Shown here: piece by piece, positions 31,116 through 47,884 of the stretch
How positions within the stretch are numbered: the stretch's first letter is position 1
Layout of the letters: each line of letters opens with the position of its first letter
DNA from: the human T2T-CHM13v2.0 reference genome, Homo sapiens
Reading direction: 5' to 3' (one strand)
DNA length: 64,000 bases
Assembly (NCBI RefSeq): GCF_009914755.1
Contig: NC_060929.1
Notes under the pieces: model-generated
The model's database searches: none
Told to the model about the DNA's origin: nothing
Seen by the model: only the letters and a program-made list of their open reading frames with translations
Made by a program: the position numbers and the translations under genes

Positions 31116-33032
31116 ATTCAGCTCATCACACTCATCCATGTGGAGGAGCTCAGAAGCAGCAGGAGACAGGCAAACATGTAGAGCGAACAGAGCTAAGAGA
31201 TGGAAATGATAGGACCCTTGATCCAGCCATGCTGGGAGTTGCAAGTTGTTGATTACATGAGCCAATGAATTCCCTTTGTGCTTAAGTTAATTTGATTTCA
31301 CTTTCTGTCACTTGCAACCCAACAAATTCTGACTACTGCACATGCTTACTAGTCATGATTGTCTTAGCCAGACTTAGCTCCTCAAGGGCAGGTTCTCTAA
31401 GTTATTGCCACAATGAGCCCATTTCAAAAACTCCAAATTGACACCTATAACAAAACAAACACACAGCTATGTTTAAGAAACAACAGATATAAGTAGAAAA
31501 ATTGGGATTAACCTGGAACTCAAGTAGTCTAGGGGAGGATGGTACAAAGAGCACAGCACTGGGGGAAAGGACACTTGGGTTTAATCTGAGCTCTTGTGGG
31601 AGAGATCCAGGAAATTCCATAGCTGCCTTGGTTTTCCCCATCTTCATCCACACAAAGGATTGCTTGGTTGAACACCAAGGTTGCATCCCCCTCTAACCTT
31701 CTGAGAATACACTTGTTGCTCTGTGTTTCTATCACATACCAAGGCACCACACCGAAAGTTAACAAGAAGGCTGGGCTCTTGTGGTACATAACCAGGGGCA
31801 ATCACCCTACCCCTTTCCTGTTTCCTTTTCCTGCAGCCTTTGGCAGCAAAACAGTGACTATGAGAGAAAGCCAAGGATGAGAATAGGAAATGAAACAGCT
31901 CTGTCTTCCAGCTGTTTAAAAAAAAAAAATACACACACTCCTACACACATACACACAGGTAAAGCCCATCTACCATGTAGCCACTTGTATCCTTGATTAA
32001 GTCAAATCCAGCCAAGGGAATACTCTACATTTACTTAGTATGTTTCCCTATTTTTAGCATTTTTTTTGCAATAACAAACTACTAATTTAGGGAATTTTAA
32101 GAATAATGTTTTATGGGTTTTTTTCTTTTTCTGTTTTTTTTTTTTTAAACCATAAGATGATCAGATCTCTAAGGGCCCTTCTAGCACAATCATGTGAGGC
32201 TTCTCAGGAGTGTGTGCTCAAGGGCGAGGTCCATACAGAACCTTGGGAATGGCCAGGTTGGAGGAACCATCCCAGCAAGTGACAGGGCTAGCTCGTACCT
32301 TGACTTCAAGTGCCTTTCAGAAGGATATGTTCCGTGGGGGAGTCATTGCACTTCCAGGTCTGCTTCTAAAGTAGTAGTAGGGCCTTGAACTTTGTCCTCG
32401 TGGGACAGTTATTTCCCCATTGGGCCTTAGTTTTCTCCACTGCAAAATGAAAATATTGGACCAGAAATTAATTAGTAAGAGCCCTTCCAGGAGACCTGAG
32501 AGGAGTTCTGGAGAGCTGGTTATGTTGTGTTTCTTAAACTGGGTGTGTGTTACACTGATGTGCTCAGTTTGTGAAAATTCATTGAGTTGTACACTTATGA
32601 TTTGTGCATTTTTCTGTATGCATATTTTTCTTCAATTAAAAAGTTTACATTAACTATTTTTTTTAAAAAAGATAGGAGGTCTACTTGTGTTTCTGAATCA
32701 GAAGAATAAAAAGGATTGGAGGGGGATGAGCAAAGATGAAACAAAATTTGATGTGAATCGATCACTGCTGAAGCTAGGAGCTGGGCATGTGGATTCCTTA
32801 TGCCATCTTGTCTACCTTTGCATATGTTTGAAACTTCCCAGAGTGAAAGTTTGAAAAAAGAGCTCTTCTAGCTCTAATATACTGTCATTTGAGGAGCTCC
32901 CACTATTATGCAAGAATGCAGAAAAAAGGACAAAGGAAAATCACAGCTCCCCTCACTCCAGATTTGAGTGTCTTGTAAAAGAGAAGGAAATGGACAAAAC
33001 AGAGTTATTATAGCAGAAACAAGAAGTATTGT

Positions 33033-33369
<337 letters not shown>

Positions 33370-33431
33370 TTAGTTTTTGTCTTAATTTCAGATCTCATTT
33401 GATGTATTTGTGTCTGACAGAGCAAATTAAC

Positions 33432-33801
33432 TGTATTAGTCCATTTTCACACTGCTATAAAGACATACCTGAGACTGGGTAATTTATAAAGAAAAAAGAT
33501 TTAATTGGCTCACATTTTTATGGGTTGTACAGGCTTCTGCTTCTGGGGAGGCCTCAGGAAACTTACAATCATGACAGAAGGCAGAGGAGAAGCAGACACC
33601 TATTCACATGGCTAGCAGGAGAAAGAGAGGGCAAAGGGGTAGGTGCTGCACACTTTCAAACAACCAGATCTCTATCACAAGAACAGCAAGGGCAAAGGCT
33701 GGCCCCACGATTCAATCATTTCCTACCAGGCCCCTCTTTCAACACTGGGGATTACAATTTGACATGAGATTTGGGTGGGGACACACAGCCAAATTATATC
33801 A
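33432..33801 (-). mobile_element. MaLR solo LTR (MSTA/THE1-like)
   Basis: TGTATTAGTCC...CCAAATTATATCA; perfect 5-bp TSD TTAAC (33427-33431 and 33802-33806). Confidence 0.9.
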
Positions 33802-34231
33802 TTAACTAAGAGTGTTTTATGACATGGCTATTTATTTGTTATCTATAAGAATGCCAGTGAGGTCTGGTGTTGATTTGTTCTCAGTTGTCACAGCCTATGC
33901 ATTGTTGGCTCCTCTGCCCTGGCATGAGCTGGGGCACTTCAGCCGGTGGCAGGAAATAGTGGAACAGGCAAATCCCATAAGGTCCCTCTGGGGTTTGGCT
34001 TGACCTTCAAACAGTGGGTACGATGTCACCCTCACACTTACAAGAGTTGTGAAACATCATTGCAAAGTGGCCAGGATTCACTTACTACTTAAATGTAATG
34101 AGCACCTACTCCATTGCCAGGCACCAGTCTAGGGGCTGGAAATACAGCAGTGCACAAACAGACAAAACTCCCTGACCTCATGGAGCTTCCGTAATTTGAT
34201 AATTTATATAATAGCTTTAAAGGCTTTTCCA

Positions 34232-34398
34232 AGCTAGACAAAGGGGTGCATGCCTGTAGTTCCAGCTACTTGGGAGGCTGAGGCAGGAGGATTGCTTGAG
34301 CCCAGGAGTTCAAGAATGTAGTATGTTATGATCATGCCTGTGAATAGCCACTGGACTCTAGCCTGGGCAACATAGCAAGACTTCATCTCTTAAAAAAG
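34232..34398 (+). mobile_element. Alu monomer (FAM/FRAM-like)
   Basis: gcctgtagttccagctacttgggaggctgaggcaggaggattgcttgagcccagg. Confidence 0.8.
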
Positions 34399-34409
34399 AG
34401 ACTTAAAAC

Positions 34410-35100
34410 TTTTTTTAAATTGTGGTAAAATATACATAGCAGTTTTTGTATATTTTGCCACAATTAAAAATTATTTCGGTTGAATAGTTGTTGTAAAACA
34501 GATGTCTAGAACTTTGTCGCTTTGCGGAACTGAAACTCTATACCCATTAAGCAACTCTCTTGCCCCCTCTTCCTAGCCCGTGGTAACAACCATTCTTCTT
34601 TCTATATCCGTGAATTCAACTTCTCTAGGCACCTCATAGAAGCGGAGTCATACAGTATTTGTCTTTTTGTGACTGACTTCTTTCACTTAGCCTAATGTCT
34701 TCAAGGTCCATCCACATGGTAGCATGTGTCAGAATTTTCTTCCTTTTTAGAGCAGAATAATATTCCACTGTATACGTGTAACACATTTCATTTATCCATT
34801 CACCTGCCAATAGAGACAGGTTGCTTCCACATTTTGGCTATTGTAAATAGTGATCCTATGAACATGAGTGTACGAATATCTCTTTCAGATGTGTATGCAC
34901 CCAGAAGTGGAATTGCAGGATCATATGGTAATTCCATGTTAAATTTTTTGAGGAACTGCCATGCTGTTTTTCATAGTGGCTGCATCATTTTACATTCCTA
35001 TTAACAATGCACAGAGGGTCCAATGTTTTCACATCCTTGTTAATACTTGTTACTTTCTTTCCTGCCACCCAATAATAGCTATCCTAATGGGTATAAAGCC
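34410..35100 (-). mobile_element. L1M (L1MA/MB-type) 3' fragment
   Basis: aactgaaactctatacccattaa...gaataatattccactgtat...cccagaagtggaattgcaggatcatatggtaattc. Confidence 0.85.
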
Positions 35101-35349
35101 TATTTTATAAAAAACTACTTGTACTAGCTTAATTATAGAACAATTGGGCTAAATTAAGTTAGCTGGAAAGCTGGGAAGAATGCACAGCTCAAACTCACCA
35201 TTTTACAAATGAGTAAATAAAATCTTCTGAATAAAGACCCCATCTAGGCATGCATGGATGTGAATAAAATTAAAATTAAAAAATGAATAAAGAGACTTAT
35301 TCAAGATCAGGCCATGGGGGACTAATGGAGGTGGCACAGCATTCTAAAC

Positions 35350-35549
35350 CAGGAGTCAGCAAACTTTTCCCTAAAATATTAGATATTTACTCTCTGTTCC
35401 TAAAGGCTTTGCCCACCATAGTCTCTGTCGTAGCTTCTCAACTCTGCCATTGTAGTGTGAAAGCAACCAAATGGATGTAGCAGTATTCCAATAAAACTTT
35501 TGCAAAAATTTGTAAAAATAGGCAATAGGCTGCAATTTTTTAATCCCTG
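35350..35549. mobile_element. MER58A-like hAT-Charlie MITE
   Basis: CAGGAGTCAGCAAAC...AATCCCTG; perfect 8-bp TSD TTCTAAAC (35342-35349 and 35550-35557). Confidence 0.85.
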
Positions 35550-36089
35550 TTCTAAACCAATAAACTAAAGTGTGGGACCAGCAGGTGTGTATTGTTCCCC
35601 ACCTTCCCCCCACTCTGGTAATAGCACCTTGATTTCCTTTTGATGAACTGCCTATCTTCCCAGTGCCTGTGATCTTGGTAGAATTGTCAGTCAAGGTATG
35701 TTGCCAGTTCTGGTCAAGAGGTGGGTCCATGACCCAAGCTGGGCCTTTCTATCTAAGGACTTTGAACCTTACAAAGGTACAAAGGGAGAAGATGACTGAA
35801 GTTGATCCCACCTGTGTCTTTGTTGACTCTATTGAGGGGTTCCTCTACCTGGATCTCCAGAGTTGCCCAGCTCCTAGCCATTTCCAAGCCTGGTGTCTCA
35901 ATTCTTCCTTCCATTTTGCAAGCAAGCCCACATCCTTTCAGTAATTATTTTTTCTGCTAAATGACTTGAAGTCAATTTCTGATGCTCACAACCAGAGAAT
36001 CCTGACTGATCATTCACTTTTAAGAAAAGATGTGCTATATAATTACTTTAACCACAATACCCCCAACAGCTAAAACAGGATTTGATTCC

Positions 36090-36396
36090 TTTCTCTTTTT
36101 TTTTTCTTTTTTTGAGATGGAGTTTCACTCTTGTTGCCCAGGCTGGAGTGCAATGGCACCATTTGGCTCACTGCAACCTCTGCCTCCTGGGTTCAAGCGA
36201 TTCTCCTGCCTCAGCCTTCCGAGTAGCTGGGATTACAGGCATGCACCACCACGCCCGGCTAATTTTGTATTTTTAGTAGAGAAGGGGTTTCTCCATGTTG
36301 GTCAGGCTGGTCTCGAACTCCCAAACTCAGGTGATCCACCTGCCTCAACCTCCCCAAAGTGCTGGGATTACAGGCATGAGCCACCGCACTTAGCCA
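36090..36396 (-). mobile_element. AluS (Sp/Sq-like)
   Basis: Full antisense Alu. Confidence 0.95.
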
Positions 36397-37909
36397 GCTA
36401 ATTTCTTAAAAAGCAAATTATCTGAAAGTTTAAGGACATATCAGGCTCATCAGTTGAAATTCCTGTGTCCATTCCTGCCAGTGTGGACATACCACGCTGG
36501 AATGCCATTATCCTTCAATCTTTGTTCAACAAATACCTCCAGCCCTGGTGAGCTCTCCCTTGTGCAAGCCCCTGGTGCTCTCTGGGTCTTGGATTCTTCA
36601 TCTATAACAAGAATGGAGTGAACAATTACAGTGACTTAGTTTCCATCCAGCTCCAGACTTGGATCAGGGCCTCCTACTGTGTGCTCAGCACTGTGCCAGG
36701 GTATAAAAGAAGGCACCGTGATCCCCCCGACTTCAAGGAGCTTGAGGATGAGTTGGGGAGACATGTCATAATCAATGGTGACACAGGGTGGCCTATGTAA
36801 CACGCAGGTGAAGAAAACAGCCACCGGAGCTCAGAGGGCAGAAATTTGCTGTGGACCGGAAAGGACTTTAGCTGAGCCTTTACAAGCAGATAGGCTTTGA
36901 CTAAGGAGAGAGGAAGGCAAAATTACATGCACTTTGGAGGCCTATTCAGCACCCTTCAAACTAAGCTCCGGCAACGTTCTTGGGCTTCATTTCCATCCCT
37001 GAAGCAGCAGAGGATGAATGGAACAAACCTTTCCAACAGAACCAGGGACTATCTGGTCCCATTCTACTGGTGCCATTATTTGTTGCATTGGGTTTCTTGT
37101 AGGTATTTTCAGTTGTTGACCGCAGGGAGCAGGGTGTGGACAGCTCTGAGTGTGTTAGCTAGAATATCAGAGCCTTGCTGAACTTGCTCATTTTCTGCCC
37201 ATCCCAGCTGTCCAAGCACTAGAGGCAGCCCCCTGGGTCCACCCCACCCCACCCTTCAGGCAGGCAAGATGAAAGGACGGTGGCTCACATTGTGTAGTCT
37301 AGTCCCCCAGGAGGTGCCTCTGATGCCAAGTATTCCTGTGGCTAACAAGCCCTGGTTGCAGGGGTGGTGGGCAGGGTGGCACAGGGAGGTAGGGGGTAGC
37401 CCTCTCTCTCCTCCTCAGCTTCCTAAAAGCCATCTGTTCCAGAACCCAAGCATTGCTTCCCGCTACACCCAAACCACCGCTACACCCAAACCCGTGGGAC
37501 TGGTTATCCCCAGCACACACAGCTCTCTGTTGCTGCTTGTGTTTGTTAGTTGGCATTTGAACAGTTCTCTGTGGTTCAAGTGTGAGGGTGGCCTGGGGCA
37601 AAATGAGATTGGCAGAGGTTGGCATGGATACCACACCTCCTTCCCACTCTCTTACCCACGAGCCCAGACCCCTAAACTTCCCCCTATATAACAAACACCA
37701 CCATCGCCTGGAACTCCCTTCCCCTTCAGGACCCCATTCTTTACTTTTTCAGATGGCTTATTGGAGAAACAACCTCTTCTAAGGCATGAGATGTTGCTAA
37801 AGTTCTTTTTCATAGGGGTCCTCTGTGGACAGCACACCCAGGACTCATGAGAGGATAATGGCTGGAAATTACAGGCATGTGGCAGCTTCTGAGGGACAGA
37901 TGGAAGTAG

Positions 37910-38359
<450 letters not shown>

Positions 38360-38705
38360 TGACTTCTTAATCAACTCAATGACTCATGTGCCATGTCATC
38401 TTCCCTTTTGGGAGAACCTCAGTTTTGTTGTGTGATGGGGTTTCATTGAGTTATTGCCACCGGGCTCACAATTTATGAGGCAGTTCTCTATTTTTTAAGA
38501 ACTACCCATGAAGCTAGGAGACATGAGGTTCCTCCTGACTCACTCTGTTTCTCTGCTATTTGTGGTGGCTATCATGGAGGTAGGGCACTTCACAGTTTGC
38601 AGGGTGTCCAGACTGCCCTGACTTGATTCAGTGTTCAACAAATATTTTTGAGTATCTCTGAAGTGCTCGGCATGGTGCAGGTTCTGTGGATACAAGCATG
38701 AGTGA

Positions 38706-39071
<366 letters not shown>

Positions 39072-39580
39072 GAGAAAAGGGGGGTGCACAAGTTCCTTGC
39101 AGATGGAACTTAAGCTATAAGGTGGGAATGAATACAAAGAGCCCAGGGAGGAAGGTAAGATGAGGATTACCACTCCCATTTTACAGAGCAACCTTGGAGA
39201 CACCGACTGACCATTCTAGACTGACTGGTTAGAGGCTCCCTCCCTGAGAAAGTGGTGTTTTAGGAGAACACTTCCTAACAAGAAGAAGCCAGCTTTGGGA
39301 AGAGCTAAAGGCAGCTTGCGCAAAGGCCCTGAGGCAGGAACCAGCTAGGCCACTGGGTACATTTGAAGACCAGAAATAAGGTCAATGTGTCTGGAACTTA
39401 GCTACTGCAGGATATGAGATTCAAGAGAAAAATAGGGTTGAATCATGAAAAGCTTTAGGGATTTTGTTTTGAGTGTAACAAAAAGTCATTGGTGGTTTTT
39501 GTTTTGTTTTTGTTAATTGTACCTTTTTAAATGATCATGCTAGCTGCTGTAATATTGTCACCAGCACCACTTTGTACCTC

Positions 39581-39869
39581 TTTTTTTTTTTTTGAGATGG
39601 AGTTTTTCTCTTTCACCCAGGCTGGTGGGAAGTGGTGAGATCTCAGCTCACTGCAACCTCCGCCCCCCAGGTTCAAGCAATTCTCCTCCCTCAGGCTCCC
39701 GAGTAGCTGGGATTACAAGTGTGTGCCACCACACCCAGCTAATTTTTGTATTTTTAGTAGAGACAGGGTTTCCCCATGTTGGCTGGTCTCAAACTCCTGA
39801 CGTCAGGTGATCCGCCCACCTCAGCCTCCCAAAGTGCGAGATTACAGGCGTGAGCCCCTGGACCTGGCC
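39581..39869 (-). mobile_element. AluS
   Basis: Full antisense Alu; TSD ccactttgtacctc/ccactttgtgcctc. Confidence 0.93.
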
Positions 39870-40805
39870 CACTTTGTGCCTCTTTGGCACACCATTCACT
39901 TTGTAATCAATGTAAATGAAGACCTCCAGAGCTGTGCAAGGTGGAGCAGTCCCTATAGTTCTTCCCAAGCCCTATGTGCTTTCAGGATCTGAGAATCTAG
40001 TGTTAAGAGACTTTGGGTTGGGAAGAGTCTTCCCTAGGGGCTTTAATGATGTCAATCCTAAATCTTCTTGGAGAAGCCCAATGGGAGTGCTGGCCCCTCC
40101 AGGGTGTCTTTATTGATCTCTGTAAACACTCCCTTCTCCCAAGCTCTTTCATCCGAGAGGCCAAGCCAAGTGGAGGCAGACGCTCACTCACTCTCTCCTC
40201 CCTTCAAGCTGACACTCTGTAAGCCTTTAAGCAGCTTGTAACTCCATCATCTCAGCGCCCCTTGGAAGCGAGCAGCGTCAGATTAAGCGAATCTGGGATC
40301 CGGGTGCTGAGGAATTTGGGGCCTCTCAGGTCTCTTGGCAGGAGTAACAAGTACCTGCAGAGACTCTTCTTCAGAACAAGTGAAACTAATTCCTTCCAGG
40401 GGCAGAAAAAGGCATGTTTTTGGCAAAAGACTTCATAAGATGTTATCTCAACATCTTATGAAGTTGGAGCCCTAGGAGGGAAGGCAGTTGCTAAACCAGG
40501 TGGGAAAACAGATAGGGTGGGAGGGAAGGACTTAGGTAGGTTCCCACACTGGTTTGGATCCAGGGCCGCCTCTGGAACTAGGTTTCCTGGCCTGAGGAGG
40601 GTGGCCTCATGCCTTTTCCACTCTCCTAGGACTAGACAGGGAGAAAGAAGAACGTGGAAGGGAAGGAAGGGGAGAAGAGAAGAAATGAACTGCTTAAGTT
40701 CATGGCCCCATTCTACTCCTCAAGCTGGACAACTTAGTGGAAAGAGTTGCAGATGTAAAGTTACAGATGCAAGGAAGCTTCAGCATCATCCAATCTAACC
40801 CTCTT

Positions 40806-41119
40806 ATTTCTTTTTATTTATTTATTTATTTATTTGAGACAGGGCCTCCCTCTGTTGCCCAAGCTGGACTGCAGTGGCACAATCTTGGCTCACTGCAGCC
40901 TCCTCCTGTGAGGTGCAAGCAATCCTCCCAGCTCAGCCTCCCACGTAGCTGGGACTTCAGGTGCATGCCACCATGCTCAGTTAATTTTTTTTAAATTTTT
41001 TGTACAGACAGTATCTCAGTATATTGCCCAGGTTGGTCTCAAACTCCTGGGCTCAAGCAATCCTCCCACCTCGGCCTCCCAAAGTTCTGGAATAACAGAC
41101 ATGAGCCACTGTGCCCAGC
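40806..41119 (-). mobile_element. AluJ
   Basis: Antisense Alu with (TTTA)n tail; TSD cctcttatttc. Confidence 0.92.
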
Positions 41120-41537
41120 GAAGCCTCTTATTTCATGGATGAAAAGACCAAGGCCCCCAAGATGAGTACTTCCCAATGCTGACCAGAAGATGAGATGGCC
41201 TTCTCCTGTGCCAGAGGAAGTTAAAAGTGATGCATTTTGAAGGAAATTTTGGCAACATTTGTCAATGTTTTAGACACACATACATTCTTTGGCCCAGCAA
41301 TTCCACTTCTGGAACTTCATCCCACAGAAACCCTTGTACATGTGTACAGAGATGTATGTACCAAGTTGTCCTCTGTAGTGTGCTTTGTCAGTGCAAGACA
41401 CCTCAAGAGACAGTAAAGGGTGTGCTTAGCAGTAAGTGCAGCATTAAACTGCTACATTGGTATTACAAAATACCATGCAGCCACCAGAAGGAAGGAGGCA
41501 AATATATCTCATTACTATGGAAAAATTATGAGTGATA

Positions 41538-42147
<610 letters not shown>

Positions 42148-42180
42148 TATGAGTGATATTTAAAATTAAAAACAAAGCAT

Positions 42181-42490
42181 GGCTGGGAAAGGTAGCTCAC
42201 TCCTGTAATCACAGCATTTTGTGGGGCCAAGGCGGGTGGATTCCTTGCCCCTAGGAGTTCAAGACCAGAGTGGGCAACATAGTGAGATCCCATCTCTACA
42301 AAAAAAAAATTAGTTGGGTGTGGTGGCACACAACCTGTAGTCTCAGCTACTCAGGAGGCTGAGCCAGGAGGATCACTTGAGCCCAGGAGGTCGAGGATTC
42401 AGTGAGCCCGTGTTTGCACTACTGCACTCCAGCCTGGGTGACAGAGTGAAACCATGTCTCAAAAAAAAAAAAAACAAACAAATAAATAAA
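42181..42490 (+). mobile_element. AluJ
   Basis: Diverged full Alu; TSD aaagca. Confidence 0.9.
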
Positions 42491-43404
42491 AGCACATCAA
42501 ATATATTGTGTTATCCCACTGATCCAACAAAAAAATGTGTATATGCTTATGTATTATTTTATTTTTATAGTTTAATATGTATATTTCCAGAAAGATATGC
42601 AAGAAATATTCATAGTTAATTTACTTCATTTTACACCCTTATGCACAGTTTGAAGTTTTTGTTTGGTAGATTTTTATCACATGTGTATTACTTTCATTGC
42701 AAAAAGAAAATTGAGATGGAATTTGCTCAGCTGGGATCATGTAGTCATCCAGTTACTTTTGGGACTGGAACCAGACCAGGTCTCCTGACTTGTCTCTTTT
42801 GACTTTTGCGCACTGCCTTCTCTTCTAAGCTCAACAACCAGACTTAGGGCAGAGAGGGCTCTGCCTCCTTTCCATCTGTCCAATGGCTGAGAACTGGGGG
42901 TATGAAACTGTCAGTGCTCAGGGATGATGACATTCTAGGTTTTTGGGCTTCTGCCTATTGGATTCCTTTTCTGGCTGCACCACTAAAAGTAGATAATAAG
43001 CAAATGACAAATTCCTTCTCTTTTCTGAGACTCAGTTTCCCCACCTGCATAGTGGTAGCGTGGGTGTGGGTGGTGAAGTGAAGCTCACTCCTTCAATGTC
43101 CTGAGAACCTTTTAGCTGATGCTGCTGCTCCTCCAGGCTTGGGAGCATGGGGCTCAGGAGTTTTCATTCCTTGAGCCAGGCTTCCCCCTGCTGGTCTCTG
43201 CCAGTAGCGCTCGGTAAGCTTCCAGTAAAGTGTTCTAACTGGCCGTTGGTGGGGCAGGAGCTGGAGAAGCTCGACATCCTGCAGTGGGTGAGACAGTTGT
43301 GCACAGTGAAGAATTGTCTCACCTCCTGCATGGCTTTCCAATAAACAGATGATCTGAGCTTGGAACGAACTCCCCTTTACAAACATCAACAAAGTGGTTT
43401 GGGT

Positions 43405-43576
43405 TTGTGCTGTTTTGTGTTGTTTTGCTGTGTTTAGAGATGGTCTCTGTTGCCCAGGCTGGAGTGCAGTGGCATGATAATACCTCACAGCAGCCTCCAA
43501 CTCCCAGGCCCAAGAGATCCACCCACCTCAGCCTCCCATGCACCTGGGACTACAGGCTGGTGCCACCACACCTGGC
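43405..43576 (-). mobile_element. Alu right monomer (FRAM/AluJ fragment)
   Basis: ctctgttgcccaggctggagtgcagtggc. Confidence 0.8.
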
Positions 43577-44524
43577 TTGTTTTTGTTGTTGTTTTGCATT
43601 TAAGATATATTGAATTGCAAAGACCCTGTAAATCAAGGGATGCTTGAACTTAGCTTGGTCCAGAGCAAGAGTTGTTCACCATCTCACAAAATCATGTCAC
43701 CAGTGCCACTTGTGTGGGAATCACCTTTTCAACCCACTTGTGTCCATCTGCATTTGTAGCCATAACTCTTTGCGAGTATGTAACCAAGGAGCTCTGAGAC
43801 TTCTGTTTAACAGATGGAGAACTAAATATTACTAAATTAGCACAAAGATATATGAAATACAGACACTTTATTTCATTTATGAAGGCTGTTTAAAATATAT
43901 ATTATTGCCATGTTTTATGTTTTTAAATTTTTGGTAGCACAATAAGAAAGCTATATTGTGAAAAATTATGTTCTTATTTATGTATCTTTTGGTTGCCTGT
44001 TTTTTTTCAGCCTGACTGATACTGTCCCCAGATATCTACCACATAAATTCTCTATGCCCCTTATAGTGTAATTTTTCTTTTTCTTTTTTCCCTCAATCAT
44101 CTTGTGGTCCCCATCACCTCCTAAAGGATATGGTCTCCAAGTGTTTTGAAGAATCAGAGGCCAAGTGTATCTTGGACATGTGGGGAGTTGCTATGGGCCT
44201 CCACGACAGTATGAGTGGCTCCAAGTCCTCAAGTGTCACTAAAGCTCAAGATTTTGACCCTATGCTTATACACAAGGCCCAACTCATTTGCAATGCTCAC
44301 ACCTCTCCTCATCTTCCCTTCTTCCACACTTTGTAATTTCTTTTGGTATGCCATTCCCTTCTCAGTTAACCTTATTACCCTTCCTCTGTTAGTATACATG
44401 AATAAGTCGGGTCTGTTCTTTACCTTAATCCATACCTCTGATCTTTTTTTGTCTGTACTTCCTAGATGGGTATGACTTCTGCTCCATCTATTCTCTTAAA
44501 TCTAAACTTTATTCTTCTAAGTAG

Positions 44525-44903
<379 letters not shown>

Positions 44904-45049
44904 AAGTTATGTTTTATGATAACTACTTGCATTTCTCCTTTCATTTTACAGTTAAGGTATCATATTGATTTGTTAAATTTAATTTATCTTGTCTATGAAT
45001 TTTATTGCAGAGTAGTATGAAATATTTGTATTCACTTAAAGTGGAAAGA

Positions 45050-46830
45050 CAATCTGCACACCTGGAGGAGATATTTGCAACATTTACAACTGGCAAAGGT
45101 TTATTACCAAGAATATATAAAGAAGTCTTATAAATCAACAAGAAAGAAGAAAAACAACAGAAAGAAATGGACAAAAGAAAAAGCATTTTATAAAAGAAGA
45201 AATGCTCATGGCCAGCAAACATATGGAGATGTTCAAACTCATGTGAAATGTAAATCAAGACCCAATAAGATAAGCTTTTATGTCCACTAAAATGGCAAAA
45301 TGTTAATAGCTAGACAATCCAAGTATTGGAGAACATACAGATCCATGGGATCTCTTACATATCGCTTATAAGGGTACGCATTAGGACATAGGACACTCAC
45401 TTAGAAAAAGTGTGGCATTATCTTGCAAAATCAAACACTCACATAGGCTGCTGTGCAGGTCCTGAGTCTGTTTGCCCTCAGATCCACTCTTTGCTATGCC
45501 CTTATGTCCTCAGTTTTCCAGCAGGATCTCGGCAGCCATGTCATCTTGCTTCCAGTTGGGCTCAGTTAATAAAAGAGAGAGAATGGAAGGTGGAAAGAAG
45601 GGAGAAGCCAAGGTGTTTCTCACCAGCACCCTCCCCTTCTCCTCTCAGGTAACATCCCCTGTGGTGGCCACAGCTCTCCGATGGGTCCAGTTCCCACAGG
45701 AAAGCCAGCCATGATTCTAACTTCTACCAGGTGACCCTGGCCCTGGGCTCTGGTGACACTAACCTTTTGTTTCTCTAGTCCTGGGGAGGGGTAGTAACAG
45801 CTTCCTGCTATTATTAATTTATGGATTGCCTCATTGCCTCCTGTGAGGCTTCTCAGCTATTGATTACCATACTACTCAGCAATAAAAAGGAAAAAACTAT
45901 TGATACATGCAACAACTTTGTCGGACCACAAGAGAATTTTACCAACTAAAAAAGCCAGTCTCACATTGTTACATACTATATGATTCCACTTACATAACCT
46001 TCTAGAAATGACAAAATTATTGAGGTGAAGAACAGATTAGTGGTTGCCAAGGGTTAAAGACAGGGTTGGGGTTGGAGAAAGAAATCAGTGTACCTAAAAA
46101 GAAGCAGCCAGAGGGATCTTTGTGGTGACGGGACAGTTCTGTATCTTGATTGTGGTGGTGGTTATACAAATCTACGTGTAATAAAGTTTTATGTGTGCAT
46201 AGAACTATGTACATACTCAAACAAATGCATGTAACCCTGGTGAAATCTGAATAAGGTCTGTGGATTGTGCCAATACCAGTGACCTGGTTTTGATACTGTA
46301 TTATAGCTATCTAAGACATTATTATCAGGAGAAAATGGGGGAAAGGTACATGTACTTTTCTGTACTATTTTTGCAACTTCTCGTGAATCTGTTACTATTT
46401 CAAAATTAAAAGTATCTGAAAATCCATAGAGTGGTTTCTGTTTTTTCTGATTAGACCCTGACTGATACTCCTACAACCCCACAATTCCTTCCGCTCCTAG
46501 ATGTATATTTACCTAGCAGATAGGCCCCAGAGAAACTCATAAATGCATGTGTAGCAGTTATTCATGACAGAAGAAAACCCAACCACTCATAAATAGGAAA
46601 ATAAATAAATTGTGGTACAAACACGAACAAAATCTTATACAGCAGTGCAGATGAATGTAATATGCTATACACAGCAATATGGATAAGCCTGAACTCATAA
46701 TGCAATGTTGAGTGAAAAGGGCAGGGCTCAGGACATTATTTATAAGTGTTTTATCAATGTAAAAACACAGCATTTGTTATAAATTTTAAAATTACCTAAA
46801 ATGATACAACATATTGCTTAGATATATACA
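45050..46830 (+). mobile_element. Nested old elements: L1M fragment, interrupted by an LTR33/LTR16-like ERVL LTR (~45445-45860 and ~46420-46470), itself interrupted by an L1M 3' end (~45865-46420)
   Basis: L1 motifs (ggagatatttgcaacat, tactactcagcaataaaaagg, agaacagattagtggttgccaaggg) and an LTR-like end gtggtttctgttttttctgattagaccctgactgatac. Confidence 0.6.
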
Positions 46831-46943
46831 GGTGCATGTGTGGGTGTGTTTTTGCTTATGTTGCTGTGATATTTATTATTATTTTTTCCTAATCACTAGA
46901 AAATGTGGGAATTATATTAATTGTTAAACATAAGGGAAGGATA

Positions 46944-47236
<293 letters not shown>

Positions 47237-47374
47237 CCATAAGGGAAAGATAAACACAAAATTCAGGAAAGTGGTCACAGAGCGGACAGGATAGAGAATG
47301 AACATAGGTGTCGCCACTGTTCCAGTTCTCATGTGGGGAGGCAGGCTCATGGGTGTTCAATATATTATTTGAAA

Positions 47375-47560
47375 GATGATAGATGATAGATAGATAGATA
47401 GATAGACAGGTTGATGGATAATGGCTAGATGATAAATAGATAGATATATAGATAATAAATAGACAATTGATAGATGACAGATATAGATGATTGATAGGTA
47501 AATAGATGATTGATAGATAAATAGGTAGCAGATAGATTGATTGATCGACTGATAGATAAA
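47375..47560. repeat. Degenerate (GATA/TAGA)n tetranucleotide repeat
   Basis: gatagatgatagatagatagatagatagacagg... Confidence 0.92.
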
Positions 47561-47884
47561 AGCAAAAGAGAGTCATGCAAAGACCAACCAATGACAGTGA
47601 GTCATGAATCAAGGATCACAACGAATGGCTCTACGACTTGAGGTCTACTGCATTATCTATGTCTCCATTTATTATTAAAAGGAGGTATGGAGTCTAATAA
47701 CTCTGGGACCTCCAATCTAATGAGAACAGAAATCCATGTGCTCTCGGATTCAGAAAACTGATGCCCATTCTTGTGCCCCATCAGGGTTCTTCTGAAAGCT
47801 TTTTGGTTTCTCAGACTCCAGTATCCATCTGTCCTATCCCTAGGTTCCAGGCTTTTTCTACTCTGGACTTGCCAACCTCTCATT